A stretch of 64,000 nucleotides of DNA, taken from a bacterium (GTDB lineage: Bacteria > UBA8248). The stretch lies in assembly GCA_965213625.1 (NCBI GenBank), contig CBDBZU010000004.1, positions 2,784,001-2,848,000 of the forward strand, read 5' to 3'. Made by a program: the position numbers and the translations under genes. Position 1 is the stretch's first letter. Each line of letters starts with the position of its first letter. The notes beneath the pieces are model-generated. The model was not told the origin of the DNA. It saw nothing but the letters and a program-made list of their open reading frames with translations, and ran no database searches. Shown here one piece after another: positions 27,499 through 37,955 of this stretch.

Positions 27499-28251
27499 TT
27501 GGCCATTCTGAGTGACGAAGCCATTGTCCTGGGCGCGCGGCCATTCTCGAACACGAGCATGATAGTGACGTTTTTGACCAACGAAAATGGAAAGGTGCGC
27601 CTGGTGGCCAAGGGCGTGCGCTCGGCGAAGTCGAAAGTAGGCGTGGGACTCGAACCGGCGAGCGAGAGTCATATCGAATGGAGCCGGCGCGGCGGATCGG
27701 ATTTGGGCACGATGCGAAATTGCGAGGCGACCCGGGTCTACCAAAGGCTCTGGAAAGACTATGAGGCCATGCGGGTAGCCACCCGCTTGTTGAAGATTCT
27801 CGATGCGGTGTTGAGTGTGGATGAGGGCGAGCGCGCGCACTATCTGCTGCTCAGGTCCTCGCTCGAAGCGCTGGAGAAGGGTGCGGGCGCGGCGGGCATG
27901 GAGGGTGTTTTTTTGTTGATGCTGCTCAATACGATGGGCCTCGGGCCGGGTCTCGACTATTGCGCGGCGTGCGAGAAAAAACCGGGAAGCGAGGCGGCGC
28001 GGTTTGATATCGCCACGGGTGAGCTTCGTTGTGCGAGGTGCCCGGAACCGGCAGAGCGGGAGATGCGCCTGCGCGCCGGCGCCGTCGCCGCGATGAGGGA
28101 GATACTTGGCCTGCCGCCCGATAAATGTTTTTCCATACGATACGCCGCGTCCCTGGGGCCTGAGATCATCGGGTGCGCGGAGGCGTTTCTGCAATTTCAT
28201 GGCGGGAAGACTTTGCCCCGGCGATCGGGGCGCACCTCCACTTCGCGTTGA
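27499..28251 (+). CDS. recO: DNA repair protein RecO
   Basis: EAIVL...[13 protein letters not shown], plus Zn finger CAAC...CARC. Confidence 0.9.
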   Translation: MAILSDEAIVLGARPFSNTSMIVTFLTNENGKVRLVAKGVRSAKSKVGVGLEPASESHIEWSRRGGSDLGTMRNCEATRVYQRLWKDYEAMRVATRLLKILDAVLSVDEGERAHYLLLRSSLEALEKGAGAAGMEGVFLLMLLNTMGLGPGLDYCAACEKKPGSEAARFDIATGELRCARCPEPAEREMRLRAGAVAAMREILGLPPDKCFSIRYAASLGPEIIGCAEAFLQFHGGKTLPRRSGRTSTSR

Positions 28252-28316
28252 CGGAATCCCGCGAGGGGAGTATTTGTTCCCTCGCTTTAGCGGGTGTTTT
28301 ATTTCATGAGGTTTCC

Positions 28317-29990
28317 GTGCTGAAAAATTTGGTAGTCCCCATTTTCGAGAACGCATTCGAACGCGCGCGCGCAGCGGGCGACTTGACTTCGGAAGAGAAG
28401 CCCGCGGTCGTCATAGAAACGCCGCCGAACGAGGCGTTCGGCGATTTCTCCTGTAACATCGCGATGACGCTGGCCAGGGCCGAGCGCAAGGCGCCCATGG
28501 TGATTGCAGAGCAAATCGTAAAACACTTCGAGACGCCCGAAGGGTTATTGAAAGAGGTTCGGATCGAAAAACCGGGCTTCATTAACCTGTATCTCGCTGG
28601 AGATTACCTGTCCGCAAAGCTTAAGGACATATTGTCTTCGCGGGATGATTTTGGAAAAAACGAATCGGGAGCGGGGAAATCCGTTTACCTGGAGTTCGTG
28701 AGCGCAAACCCAACGGGACCGCTTCACGTCGGCCACGGCAGGGGCGCCGCGCTGGGCGATGTGCTGGGGCGCGTCTTGGAGGCTTCGGGTTTTCGCGTGC
28801 ACCGGGAGTATTACATCAACGATGCGGGCAACCAGATAGAGACGCTGGCGAAATCGACCTACACGCGTTATTTGCAGGACGTGAAAGGAGAGGACGTCCC
28901 CTTTCCGGAAGACGCCTACCAGGGAGAATACATTCGCGAGATCGTCAAATCCGCCAGGTTCCGCGAGGGCATCGATACGCTGGAAGATGAAGAAGCGCTC
29001 CTCTCGCAAGCGGGCGTTATCGCCAAGGAATTGATACTGGAGAACATCGAAAAATCCCTCGCCGAATTCCGGGTCCGCTTCGATGAATGGTTCAGCGAGT
29101 CTTCTCTGTTCACGGATAACGGGAACAAGGTCGCGGAGGCGATAGCCGAGCTCGAAGCGAGGGAAAAACTCTACGAGAAAGACGGAGCCAAGTGGCTCGC
29201 TTCGAGCGCGTATGGCGATGAGAAGGACCGTGTCGTCGTGCGTGACGATGGCCGCCCGACCTATCTGGCGTCCGACATCGCCTATCACCACCTCAAGTAC
29301 GAGCGTGGCTTCGATCGCTACATCAACATCTGGGGTGCCGATCACCACGGGTATTTGCCGAGGGTGCGCGCGTCGATGGAGATGCTCGGCCATGACCCCG
29401 AGATGCTCGACGTTCTCTTCGTGCAATTCGTGAGCCTGCGCCGTGGCGGCGAGGCGGTTCAGATGAGCACGCGGTCGGGCGAGTTCGAGGAGTTGTCCGC
29501 CGTTGTGGATGAAGTGGGTGTGGATGCGGCCCGATTTTTCTTCTTGATGAGGAGCGCGGACACGGCGCTCGAATTCGATCTGGATTTAGCGAAAGAGCAA
29601 AGCAGCGAAAATCCGGTCTATTACGTGCAATACGCCCATGCGCGCGCTTGCAGCCTGTTCAGGCAGGCGGCGGAAGAAGGCGAGTCGCTCGATGGTCTCG
29701 ATGAGGCGCCTCCCGGCGTACTCGCCCTGGACGAGGAGCATCAGCTCATGAAGAATCTCCTCGAATGGCCCGACGTGGTGCGGACTGCGGCGGAGAGGTT
29801 CGAGCCTCATCACGTTACATTCGGCCTCATTGCTCTCGCCAAACAATTTCATGCCTACTATAATCGCAACCGTATATTGGGGCAGGGCGAGGAACTCACC
29901 CGCGCCCGCCTGTGTCTGGTAAAATGCGTGCGAGTCGTTTTGAAGAATGGACTGAATTTGCTGGGAGTCTCCGCTCCCGAAAAGATGTAG
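28317..29990 (+). CDS. argS: Arginine--tRNA ligase
   Basis: FGDFSCN, EFVSANPTGPLHVGHGR, WGADHHGY, MSTRSG, YVQYAHAR, LGVSAPEKM; GTG start after GAGG. Confidence 0.97.
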   Translation: MLKNLVVPIFENAFERARAAGDLTSEEKPAVVIETPPNEAFGDFSCNIAMTLARAERKAPMVIAEQIVKHFETPEGLLKEVRIEKPGFINLYLAGDYLSAKLKDILSSRDDFGKNESGAGKSVYLEFVSANPTGPLHVGHGRGAALGDVLGRVLEASGFRVHREYYINDAGNQIETLAKSTYTRYLQDVKGEDVPFPEDAYQGEYIREIVKSARFREGIDTLEDEEALLSQAGVIAKELILENIEKSLAEFRVRFDEWFSESSLFTDNGNKVAEAIAELEAREKLYEKDGAKWLASSAYGDEKDRVVVRDDGRPTYLASDIAYHHLKYERGFDRYINIWGADHHGYLPRVRASMEMLGHDPEMLDVLFVQFVSLRRGGEAVQMSTRSGEFEELSAVVDEVGVDAARFFFLMRSADTALEFDLDLAKEQSSENPVYYVQYAHARACSLFRQAAEEGESLDGLDEAPPGVLALDEEHQLMKNLLEWPDVVRTAAERFEPHHVTFGLIALAKQFHAYYNRNRILGQGEELTRARLCLVKCVRVVLKNGLNLLGVSAPEKM

Positions 29991-30019
29991 GCAACACCCG
30001 CCCACAACACGAGAAGTCC

Positions 30020-30811
30020 ATGAAGTCCCGGCAGCCAGCATCCGCGAAACGCTACAGGATTGTTTTCGGCAAAGCGCAGGCGGGAATTGTTGCGCTCATT
30101 CTCCTCGTGGGAATGGCGGGGTCCTTCGGTTTCGGCTACCTCTGGGGTGCAGGAGGCGCCTCGAACAAGACGAGCAAGACCGGGGTCGCGTCTGCGCCTG
30201 AGGCTCTTGAAAAGGATGTGGAGAAGAAGGCGGAGCGCAGCGCAGTCGTCGAACAGAAAAAAATGCCCGAACCGAAGAAAGAAACGCCAATCAAGACGGC
30301 GGATGCGATCAAACCAAAATTTTATCAGGATTTACTGAAAGAAAACCAGGAAAACGAGCAGCCCATCGAGCTGATCAAACTGCCGGTGGTGAAAAAAATA
30401 ATACCGCCGAAACCAGCGCCCCCGACAGAAGCAGTTGCGGCGGAGCCTCCCGAGAAGGAAAAACCCCTCGACAGGAAAGCTGAGGCGAAGGAAGAAAAAA
30501 CGAATGGGATTGGCGACGAACCCAGGAAGCGGGAAAAGCCGGGCGCGCGTACTTCGAAACCCTGGACGAGAGCGAGTGGTTATACCATTCAGGTGGTTTC
30601 CGTCAAGAAATTCGACGTAGCGCTGGGAGTCGTCCGGAAGCTGCGGAACGCGGGTTTTCAGCCCTTCATTAAGAATGCGGACCTCGGGTCCAGGGGCAAG
30701 TGGTACCGCGTCCGTGTGGGGCACTATCGAGACAAGGCGGAGGCGCAAAAGGCGCTCTCCGATATGCGGGTGAGGCTCAAGCTGCTAAAGGCTAAAATTG
30801 TAACTATGTAA
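30020..30811 (+). CDS. SPOR domain protein (FtsN/DedD-like)
   Basis: Single TM helix, Pro/Lys/Glu-rich linker, C-terminal YTIQV.S..WYRVRVG; follows argS. Confidence 0.88.
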   Translation: MKSRQPASAKRYRIVFGKAQAGIVALILLVGMAGSFGFGYLWGAGGASNKTSKTGVASAPEALEKDVEKKAERSAVVEQKKMPEPKKETPIKTADAIKPKFYQDLLKENQENEQPIELIKLPVVKKIIPPKPAPPTEAVAAEPPEKEKPLDRKAEAKEEKTNGIGDEPRKREKPGARTSKPWTRASGYTIQVVSVKKFDVALGVVRKLRNAGFQPFIKNADLGSRGKWYRVRVGHYRDKAEAQKALSDMRVRLKLLKAKIVTM

Positions 30812-30863
30812 AGTATTTAGAATACAATGTTTTGTGGTTTGTTTGCTATAAACGACTTTAAGC

Positions 30864-30892
30864 TTGACACCCACGCTTTGCATTCCTAAGAT
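30864..30892 (+). promoter_or_regulatory. Sigma70-type promoter for the lipA-alaC-hom run
   Basis: TTGACA-N17-TAAGAT preceded by an AT-rich tract. Confidence 0.7.
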
Positions 30893-30927
30893 GCACCCTC
30901 CCGATAACCGGGAATGGAGGCAATTCG

Positions 30928-31911
30928 ATGGCTTCTAGACGCTTTCCGCCCTGGCTCGTAAAGCGGCTGCCGAACCCGAGCCGCTCGCACGAAGTCAAGG
31001 TGCTGATGCGAAACAAGCATCTGCACACGGTGTGCGAAGAAGCCCGCTGCCCGAACCTGTTCGAATGTTTTTCACGCAACACGGCGACCTTCATGATTGG
31101 CGGTGACGTCTGCACGAGAACTTGCGGCTATTGCGCCGTCACGAAGGGTGCGCCGGAAGCTTTGGACACACGTGAGCCGCTGCACGTGGCAGAGGCGGCG
31201 AAACACTTGGGATTAAAGCACGTGGTCGTCACAATGGTGAATCGCGATGATTTGCCCGATGGCGCAGCCAGCCATGTGGTGGCGACGATTGAGGCGATTC
31301 GCGAGTTGCTGCCCCAGACCACGGTGGAAGTATTGGTGAGTGATTTCATGGGCGACTTCGACGCAGTAGAACATGTGGTTCGCGCAAGGCCCGATGTTTT
31401 TAATCATAACATCGAGACGGTGAGGCGGCTGTTCAAGAGCACGCGTCCGAATGGCCATTACGAACGCTCGCTGCGCGTCATCGGCATGGCGCGAGAGATT
31501 GACCCGGCGATGGTGACGAAAAGCGGCGTTATGGTCGGCATGGGTGAAACCGAAGAGGACGTACTTTCCTTGATGGATGATTTGAGAGATGAAAGGGTTG
31601 ATTGTCAGATCATGACGATCGGCCAGTATCTCGCGCCCAGGAAGAAAGCGATTCCCGTTCGTGAATACATTCATCCAGACGTCTATGCGCGCTACCGGCT
31701 GGCGGGCGAGGCGAGGGGTTTCGCGCACGTGTTCGCCGGCCCTTTTGTGAGAAGCTCCTACAATGCGGAGGAGGCCTTGCACGCCTCCCAGGGTTTGAGG
31801 GAGGAGAATTTGCAAGGAGATCCTGAAGCCCGCGCCTTTATGACGACCGATGGTTCGGGGCGGAATGTCCCGGTCCCCTACGATCGCCTGATATCCTTGC
31901 CGGTAAGCTGA
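30928..31911 (+). CDS. lipA: Lipoyl synthase
   Basis: CEEARCPNLFEC, CTRTCGYC, NHNIETV, VRSSY. Confidence 0.96.
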   Translation: MASRRFPPWLVKRLPNPSRSHEVKVLMRNKHLHTVCEEARCPNLFECFSRNTATFMIGGDVCTRTCGYCAVTKGAPEALDTREPLHVAEAAKHLGLKHVVVTMVNRDDLPDGAASHVVATIEAIRELLPQTTVEVLVSDFMGDFDAVEHVVRARPDVFNHNIETVRRLFKSTRPNGHYERSLRVIGMAREIDPAMVTKSGVMVGMGETEEDVLSLMDDLRDERVDCQIMTIGQYLAPRKKAIPVREYIHPDVYARYRLAGEARGFAHVFAGPFVRSSYNAEEALHASQGLREENLQGDPEARAFMTTDGSGRNVPVPYDRLISLPVS

Positions 31912-31923
31912 GGATTTTTGAAC

Positions 31924-33120
31924 ATGTATGAGTTCCAACGCATTACCCGTCTGCCGCCTTATGTCTTTGCGAGCGTCGACGAATTGAAGATCGAGGCCCG
32001 CCGCCGGGGAGACGACATCATCGATTTCGGCATGGGGAATCCCGATCTCGCCACCCCGCCGCACATTGTGGAAAAACTCGTGGAGGCGGCGACGAACCCC
32101 AGAAATCATCGCTACAGCGCTTCGCGCGGCATCACCCGGCTGAGGTCGGCCATCGCCGATTGGTACGGCCGCCGCTATGACGTGAACATCGATCCCGAAG
32201 CGGAAGCCATCGTCACCATCGGCGTGAAAGAAGGGCTCTCTCACTTGGCCTTAGCCATCACGAACCCGGGCGATTTGGTCATGGTTCCGAGCCCCACATA
32301 CCCCATCCATACCTACGCGATGGTCTTGGCGAACGGCAACGTGGTTCATGTGCCGCTTTCGCAGGGGGATGATTTCTTTGAGAACATGACCGACATCATC
32401 CGTCCGATTTGGCCGCGGCCGAAAATTCTCGTCCTGAGTTTCCCGCACAACCCCACAACGGTTTGCGTGGATCTTGATTTTTTTGAAAAAGTCGTCGCAT
32501 TCGCGAAAGAATACAACCTCATCGTGGTGCACGATTTCGCATACGCCGACTTGGGTTTCGACGGCTATGAGCCGCCCAGCATACTGCAGGTAAAGGGCGC
32601 GAAGGATGTCAGTGTGGAATTTTTCTCCCTCTCAAAGAGCTATTCCATGCCTGGATGGCGGATGGGCTTTGCCGTTGGGAATAAGGAGATCATCGGTGCG
32701 CTCAGGCGCATCAAGAGTTATCTGGATTACGGTGCGTTCCAACCCATCCAGATTGCTTCGATTATCGCGCTCAACGGCTCTCAGGAGTGTGTCGAGGAAA
32801 TTCGGCAAACTTACGAAAATCGCCGGGACGCGTTGTGCAACGGGCTGGAGAGAATTGGCTGGCCCGTTCAAAAACCAAGAGGCACGATGTTCGTATGGGC
32901 GGAGATTCCTCTTGAATATAAAGAATTGGGTTCTCTGGAGTTTTCCAAACTCTTGTTGAGAGAAGCCGAGGTGGCCGTCTCGCCCGGCGTCGGTTTCGGC
33001 GAGTTGGGTGATGGGCATGTGCGCTTTGCGCTCGTGGAAAATGAACACCGCACACGGCAGGCGCTCAGAAACTTGCGACCCCTTTTTCAGGAGAAAGAGC
33101 CCAAGCGGGCGGCGAGCTAG
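31924..33120 (+). CDS. alaC: PLP-dependent class I/II aminotransferase (AlaC-like)
   Basis: [54 protein letters not shown]. Confidence 0.88.
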   Translation: MYEFQRITRLPPYVFASVDELKIEARRRGDDIIDFGMGNPDLATPPHIVEKLVEAATNPRNHRYSASRGITRLRSAIADWYGRRYDVNIDPEAEAIVTIGVKEGLSHLALAITNPGDLVMVPSPTYPIHTYAMVLANGNVVHVPLSQGDDFFENMTDIIRPIWPRPKILVLSFPHNPTTVCVDLDFFEKVVAFAKEYNLIVVHDFAYADLGFDGYEPPSILQVKGAKDVSVEFFSLSKSYSMPGWRMGFAVGNKEIIGALRRIKSYLDYGAFQPIQIASIIALNGSQECVEEIRQTYENRRDALCNGLERIGWPVQKPRGTMFVWAEIPLEYKELGSLEFSKLLLREAEVAVSPGVGFGELGDGHVRFALVENEHRTRQALRNLRPLFQEKEPKRAAS

Positions 33121-33146
33121 TACGCCGTTCTTAGGGTCAATGGGAT

Positions 33147-34475
33147 ATGAAGAAAATCTGCGTCGGCATATTGGGTTTGGGCACCGTCGGAAGTGGCGTG
33201 GTGAATTTGCTCGATGAACAGCGGGAGTTGATCAAAAGACGCCTCGGCGTCGAGGTGTGCGTCTCCAGAATTGCGGACCGCAGCGTATTCACCAAGAAAA
33301 AAGAGGCGCGCGGGGTATCTCCCGAGAATATGGGTACGGACTTCGAAGCCGTCATCGACGCGCCCGAGGTCCACGTTGTCGCGGAACTCATCGGCGGAAC
33401 AGACGATGCGAGGCGCCACATCCTGCGAGCGATCGAGAAAAAAAAGCCGGTCGTGACCGCGAACAAGGCGGTGCTCGCCGTGCACGGGGAAGAGATTTTC
33501 GCCGCGGCGGAGAAAGCGGGCTGCCCGCTGGGTTTTGAGGCGTCCGTCGCAGGCGGTATTCCGATTGTCAGAAACTTACGAGAAGCTTTCGCTGCGGATA
33601 AAATCGAGAGGCTCGCCGGCATCCTGAACGGCACGTGCAACTACATTTTGAGTTGTATGACGGAGTTGGGTGCGGATTTCGGCGAAACGCTCAAGAGTGC
33701 GCAGGAACTAGGCTATGCGGAGGCTGACCCGGCTTTCGATATCGACGGTGTTGATGCGTCACATAAGATAGCGATTCTGGCGAATTTGGCATATGGCACG
33801 CCCGTGGATGTCGAGGAATACCACACCGAGGGGATACGCCACATCACGTCCGTAGATATCGATATCGCCAAGGAACTCGGCTACCGGATCAAGCTCGTCG
33901 CCATGGCGCAGGAAAAGGACGGGAAACTCGATATCCGCGTTCATCCGATGATGCTTCCCGAAAGCCATCCCCTATCGCAGGTGGGCGGGGTGTACAATGC
34001 GGTGGCCGTCTCGGGCGTGAATGCCGGGCCGCAGGTTTTCATCGGCAAGGGCGCGGGTTCGGAGGCGACGGCTTCCGCCGTGGTGGGGGACATCATCGAG
34101 GTGGCGAGGTGGCTCAAGAACGGAGGCGACTCGCGAATTCCTGCCGCCGCTTTTTTGCCGGACCAACGCGCTCGCCTCGATATTCTTGCGCCCCGGGAAA
34201 TTACGGCGCGTTTCTATGTTCGATTTGCCGCGCTCGACAAGCCGGGGGTATTGAGCCGCATTTCCGGCGTTTTCGGCGAACACGACATCAGCCTCGAAAC
34301 CGTCGTCCAGAAGGGCCGCGCAGACGAAGACGGCTATGCCCGTTTGGTTTTGCTCACCCACAAGGCGACGGAGGAGAATATGCAAAACGCGCTCGAGGAG
34401 ATTTCCCGCCTCGATGTAGTGCAGCCTACTTACGCGCTCATTCGAGTGGAATCGGATGGCATGGCTTTCATGTGA
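33147..34475 (+). CDS. hom: Homoserine dehydrogenase with ACT domain
   Basis: GLGTVGSG, VTANKA, FEASVAGGIP, GILNGTCNYIL, GYAEADP, DKPGVLSRI. Confidence 0.96.
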   Translation: MKKICVGILGLGTVGSGVVNLLDEQRELIKRRLGVEVCVSRIADRSVFTKKKEARGVSPENMGTDFEAVIDAPEVHVVAELIGGTDDARRHILRAIEKKKPVVTANKAVLAVHGEEIFAAAEKAGCPLGFEASVAGGIPIVRNLREAFAADKIERLAGILNGTCNYILSCMTELGADFGETLKSAQELGYAEADPAFDIDGVDASHKIAILANLAYGTPVDVEEYHTEGIRHITSVDIDIAKELGYRIKLVAMAQEKDGKLDIRVHPMMLPESHPLSQVGGVYNAVAVSGVNAGPQVFIGKGAGSEATASAVVGDIIEVARWLKNGGDSRIPAAAFLPDQRARLDILAPREITARFYVRFAALDKPGVLSRISGVFGEHDISLETVVQKGRADEDGYARLVLLTHKATEENMQNALEEISRLDVVQPTYALIRVESDGMAFM

Positions 34476-34500
34476 GCGAGCAGACAAGAGTTCATCCCTG

Positions 34501-35751
34501 ATGCGGAAAATCCTGATGGTTCTCGTGCGCGGCCTTGCAGACAGGCCCGTGGCGGACTTTGGTGGTGAAACGCCATTGCAAAGGGCGCGTACGCCCGCGC
34601 TGGATCGCCTGGCGGATGCGGGGTTTTCCGGGGTGTGGGCTCCTGGGTCCGATGACGTGTATCCTTCCCTGGATGGATTTCTGAATCAATTCTTCGGTTA
34701 CTCCACTACTATGTCTTCCGGCCTGATGCTGGCCGCCGCCGCTGGCCATCTCCCTGAAACGGGGGAGGCGGTGTTCCGGCTCAACTTCGTCTGCCTGAAG
34801 CCCGGGGCAACGAGTGTCGTCATGCTGGACCCGACAGGCTGCGGCGTCACGGACGAGGAGAACCGCGAACTCATCGCTTATCTGGAGCGTCACATGCCGC
34901 CGGATGAGGGCGAATTTTTCCGCTTCGAATCCCTGGGCGGCAGCGATGCGCTTCTCTTTTATCAGCGTGAAGGCGCGCGCCTCTCACCGGAATCTTTTCA
35001 CGGCTTTGCGCCGCCGCATGCAATCGCCGGAAGGTCCATCGGAGAACATATGCCGGAGGCCGAAGCGGCGCGGCGTTTCGTTCATTTCGTCAACGATTCC
35101 CAGATGGTGCTCTCCACCCACGCGGGATTGCAGGAAAAGGCGCAAACCCGCATGTTCGCGGCGAACTCCGTTTGGCTCTGGGGCGGCGGCTTCGCCGAAG
35201 AGGCGGTGCGGATGTCGGAAAAAACGGGAGGCAGGGAGTCTGCGCTGATAACCGACTCACAACTTGCTACAGGCTTTGCCAAACTGGGGGGCGCGGATGT
35301 ATATGAGCCGGGGGAGGAGGTATCCGCCACGGTGAAAATGGCGCTTTCGCAGCATGATTTCGTCTGCCTGATAGAGGACGCGGATAACATATCCCCTTGG
35401 AGGGAACCGGAGGAGAAAATCGAAGCCATCGAAAAATTCGACGCCGGGGTGATGGCGCCCTTGTTGACAGGCATGAGCGAGCCTTGCCGTATTCTCGTGG
35501 CGGGGGATCATGGGTTCAGTGTGGAATCCCAGGAATGGATCGCCGACCCCGTCCCGTTCGCCATGGCGGATTTCGATGGCGAGACTCTCACGCCGCCGAA
35601 GCGTCCGGGCGGATTGGCCGCCCTTTGGGAGATGATTCGTGGCGATGCGGGGAAGCAAAAAAATTCGGGCACAGGTTTTTCCGAAGAACTTGGGCGGTCG
35701 ACGCGCGTTTATTCACTCGATGCGGTGAAAAAACGCTTGTTCAGTGGATGA
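34501..35751 (+). CDS. ApgM-like (cofactor-independent phosphoglycerate mutase fold) protein with degenerate active site
   Basis: GLADRP..FGGETPLQRARTPALDRLA, FRLNFV, ANSVWLWGGG, KIEAIEKFD, GDH, DPVPF; located between hom and lysC. Confidence 0.8.
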   Translation: MRKILMVLVRGLADRPVADFGGETPLQRARTPALDRLADAGFSGVWAPGSDDVYPSLDGFLNQFFGYSTTMSSGLMLAAAAGHLPETGEAVFRLNFVCLKPGATSVVMLDPTGCGVTDEENRELIAYLERHMPPDEGEFFRFESLGGSDALLFYQREGARLSPESFHGFAPPHAIAGRSIGEHMPEAEAARRFVHFVNDSQMVLSTHAGLQEKAQTRMFAANSVWLWGGGFAEEAVRMSEKTGGRESALITDSQLATGFAKLGGADVYEPGEEVSATVKMALSQHDFVCLIEDADNISPWREPEEKIEAIEKFDAGVMAPLLTGMSEPCRILVAGDHGFSVESQEWIADPVPFAMADFDGETLTPPKRPGGLAALWEMIRGDAGKQKNSGTGFSEELGRSTRVYSLDAVKKRLFSG

Positions 35752-35760
35752 TGGGATAAA

Positions 35761-36969
35761 ATGAGTCTTGTCGTAAAAAAATTCGGTGGCACATCGGTTG
35801 CGAATCTGGATAAGATTCGCGGCGTAGTGAAGCGGGTGACGTCGGCCAAAAGTTCATGGGATCGCGTCATCGTCGTGGTGAGCGCGATGGCGGGCGAAAC
35901 CGATAAGCTGATTCGGTTCGCTCACGCGCTATCGCCTCAGCCGGTAGGGCGGGAGATGGATTTGCTGCTCACTTCCGGGGAGCGTATTGCGAGTTCGCTT
36001 CTGGCCATCGCACTCGATGCGTCCGGAATCCCCGCCATCTCCTTAACAGGCGGACAAGCGGGTATTTTGACGGAGGGCGCCCATACGCGCGCGCGCGTGC
36101 GTTCCATCCGCCCGGCAAGGATTTTGAAGGAACTCAACGAGGGAAAAGTGGTCGTTGCCGCGGGTTTTCAGGGAGTCGATGAGTTCGATGAGGAGATGAC
36201 GCTGGGGCGTGGAGGCTCCGACCTCACCGCCGTGGCTTTGGCAGCGGCGCTTGAAGCGGATCGCTGTGAGATTTATACCGATGTGGACGGGGTGTACACG
36301 GCTGACCCGCGCCTTGTCCCCGACGCGAAGCGAATGGAGCAGATATCTTTTGAGGAGATGATGGAACTCGCGTCCCTGGGCACGAAAGTGCTGCAGGCGC
36401 GCTCTGTGGATCTGGCGGCGAAGCATGACCTTCCACTCGTCGTCCGTTCCGCGTTTGATGAAGGAGAGGGAACATTGATCGTTCCAGAATCGACGGGAAT
36501 CGAGTCGCCCGCCGTTCGCGGCGTTAGCTGCGATTCAAAGCAATCGAAACTAACGATTAGCGCCGTGCCCGACAGCCCCGGAATCGCCGCCGCCCTGTTT
36601 GGCCAGTTGGCCGAAAAATCCATCATGGTGGATATGATCGTCCAGAACGTAAGCGAAAACGGCTTGACCGATATCTCCATAACGGTGAACAGCGACATGG
36701 CCGGGCAAGCGGAGCAAATCATGGCGGAATCGAATGAAACCTTCGGCGGCGGCGCCATATCCCGGGATGACGATATCGCGAAAGTCTCCGTCGTGGGCGT
36801 GGGCATGAAAAGCCAGGCCGGCGTGGCGGCGCGCGTTTTCTCCGCATTGGCGAGAAGCCGCATCAACATCATGATGATCTCGACTTCGGAAATTTCCATA
36901 TCCGTCGTGGTTCGCCAGGCGGACTCCGAGAACTCGGTGCGTGTACTGCATAAGGAGTTTATCGGTTGA
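35761..36969 (+). CDS. lysC: Aspartate kinase
   Basis: [31 protein letters not shown], two ACT domains. Confidence 0.96.
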   Translation: MSLVVKKFGGTSVANLDKIRGVVKRVTSAKSSWDRVIVVVSAMAGETDKLIRFAHALSPQPVGREMDLLLTSGERIASSLLAIALDASGIPAISLTGGQAGILTEGAHTRARVRSIRPARILKELNEGKVVVAAGFQGVDEFDEEMTLGRGGSDLTAVALAAALEADRCEIYTDVDGVYTADPRLVPDAKRMEQISFEEMMELASLGTKVLQARSVDLAAKHDLPLVVRSAFDEGEGTLIVPESTGIESPAVRGVSCDSKQSKLTISAVPDSPGIAAALFGQLAEKSIMVDMIVQNVSENGLTDISITVNSDMAGQAEQIMAESNETFGGGAISRDDDIAKVSVVGVGMKSQAGVAARVFSALARSRINIMMISTSEISISVVVRQADSENSVRVLHKEFIG

Positions 36970-37943
36970 GTGATGTGTTGACGTTTCAGGAAGTGATCAT
37001 GGGGCTGGAGCGTTACTGGTCTCAAAAGGGATGCGTCATCCAGCAGCCTTACGACATCGAAGTGGGCGCAGGCACCATGAACCCGGCCACTTTTCTGCGC
37101 GCGCTCGGTCCCGAACCCTGGAAAGTCGCCTACGTCGAGCCCAGCAGAAGGCCTACGGACGGCCGCTACGGGGAGAACCCGAACAGGCTCCAGCACTATT
37201 ATCAGTACCAGGTGATATTGAAACCCTCGCCCATCGACGTGCAGGAGCAGTATCTCGAAAGCCTCGTGAGTTTGGGAATCGACCCGCTCGAGCACGATAT
37301 CCGCTTTGTGGAGGACGACTGGGAATCCCCCAACCTGGGTGCATGGGGCCTGGGCTGGGAAGTTTGGCTCGATGGCATGGAAGTCACGCAGTTCACATAT
37401 TTTCAGCAGGCGGGCGGGCTGGATTTGGAGATGGTTTCTGCAGAATTGACCTATGGGCTCGAGCGCATCGCCATGTACCTGCAAGGGGTGGAAAGCGTGT
37501 ACGACCTCGTCTGGGCGCGGGATACAGACGGTGGAGTGGTCAAATACGCCGATGTGCACCATCAGACGGAAGTGGAATTCAGCCACTATAATTTCGAAGA
37601 GGCGGACGTAAATATCCACTTCGATATTTTTGATAAATACGAGGCGGAAGGGATGCGTCTCGTGGAAAAAGACCTCACGTTTCCCGCCTACGATCACGCA
37701 CTCAAATGCTCGCACACCTTCAATCTTCTGGATGCGCGCGGCGCCATCAGCGTGAGCGAGCGGACGCGCTATATCGGCAGAATCAGGCAAATGGCGCGCG
37801 CGTGCGCCGAGAGTTATCTGAAGTCCCGCTACAAGGCCGGTTTCCCTCTCATCAGGGACGAAGCAAAGCGAAAAGATCATCTCGCCATCTACGCCACTCA
37901 ATACGACGCGGAAGAGGCGAAATCTGGCGCGGGCAAGGGGTAA
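36966..37943 (+). CDS. glyQ: Glycine--tRNA ligase alpha subunit
   Basis: [47 protein letters not shown]. Confidence 0.97.
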   Translation: MSDVLTFQEVIMGLERYWSQKGCVIQQPYDIEVGAGTMNPATFLRALGPEPWKVAYVEPSRRPTDGRYGENPNRLQHYYQYQVILKPSPIDVQEQYLESLVSLGIDPLEHDIRFVEDDWESPNLGAWGLGWEVWLDGMEVTQFTYFQQAGGLDLEMVSAELTYGLERIAMYLQGVESVYDLVWARDTDGGVVKYADVHHQTEVEFSHYNFEEADVNIHFDIFDKYEAEGMRLVEKDLTFPAYDHALKCSHTFNLLDARGAISVSERTRYIGRIRQMARACAESYLKSRYKAGFPLIRDEAKRKDHLAIYATQYDAEEAKSGAGKG

Positions 37944-37955
37944 GGGGGTTTCGGT

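Noticed and set aside
36480-36520. Internal start for an aspartokinase beta subunit
   Set aside because: The position equivalent to the beta-subunit Met is Ile (STGIESPAV), with no start codon there.
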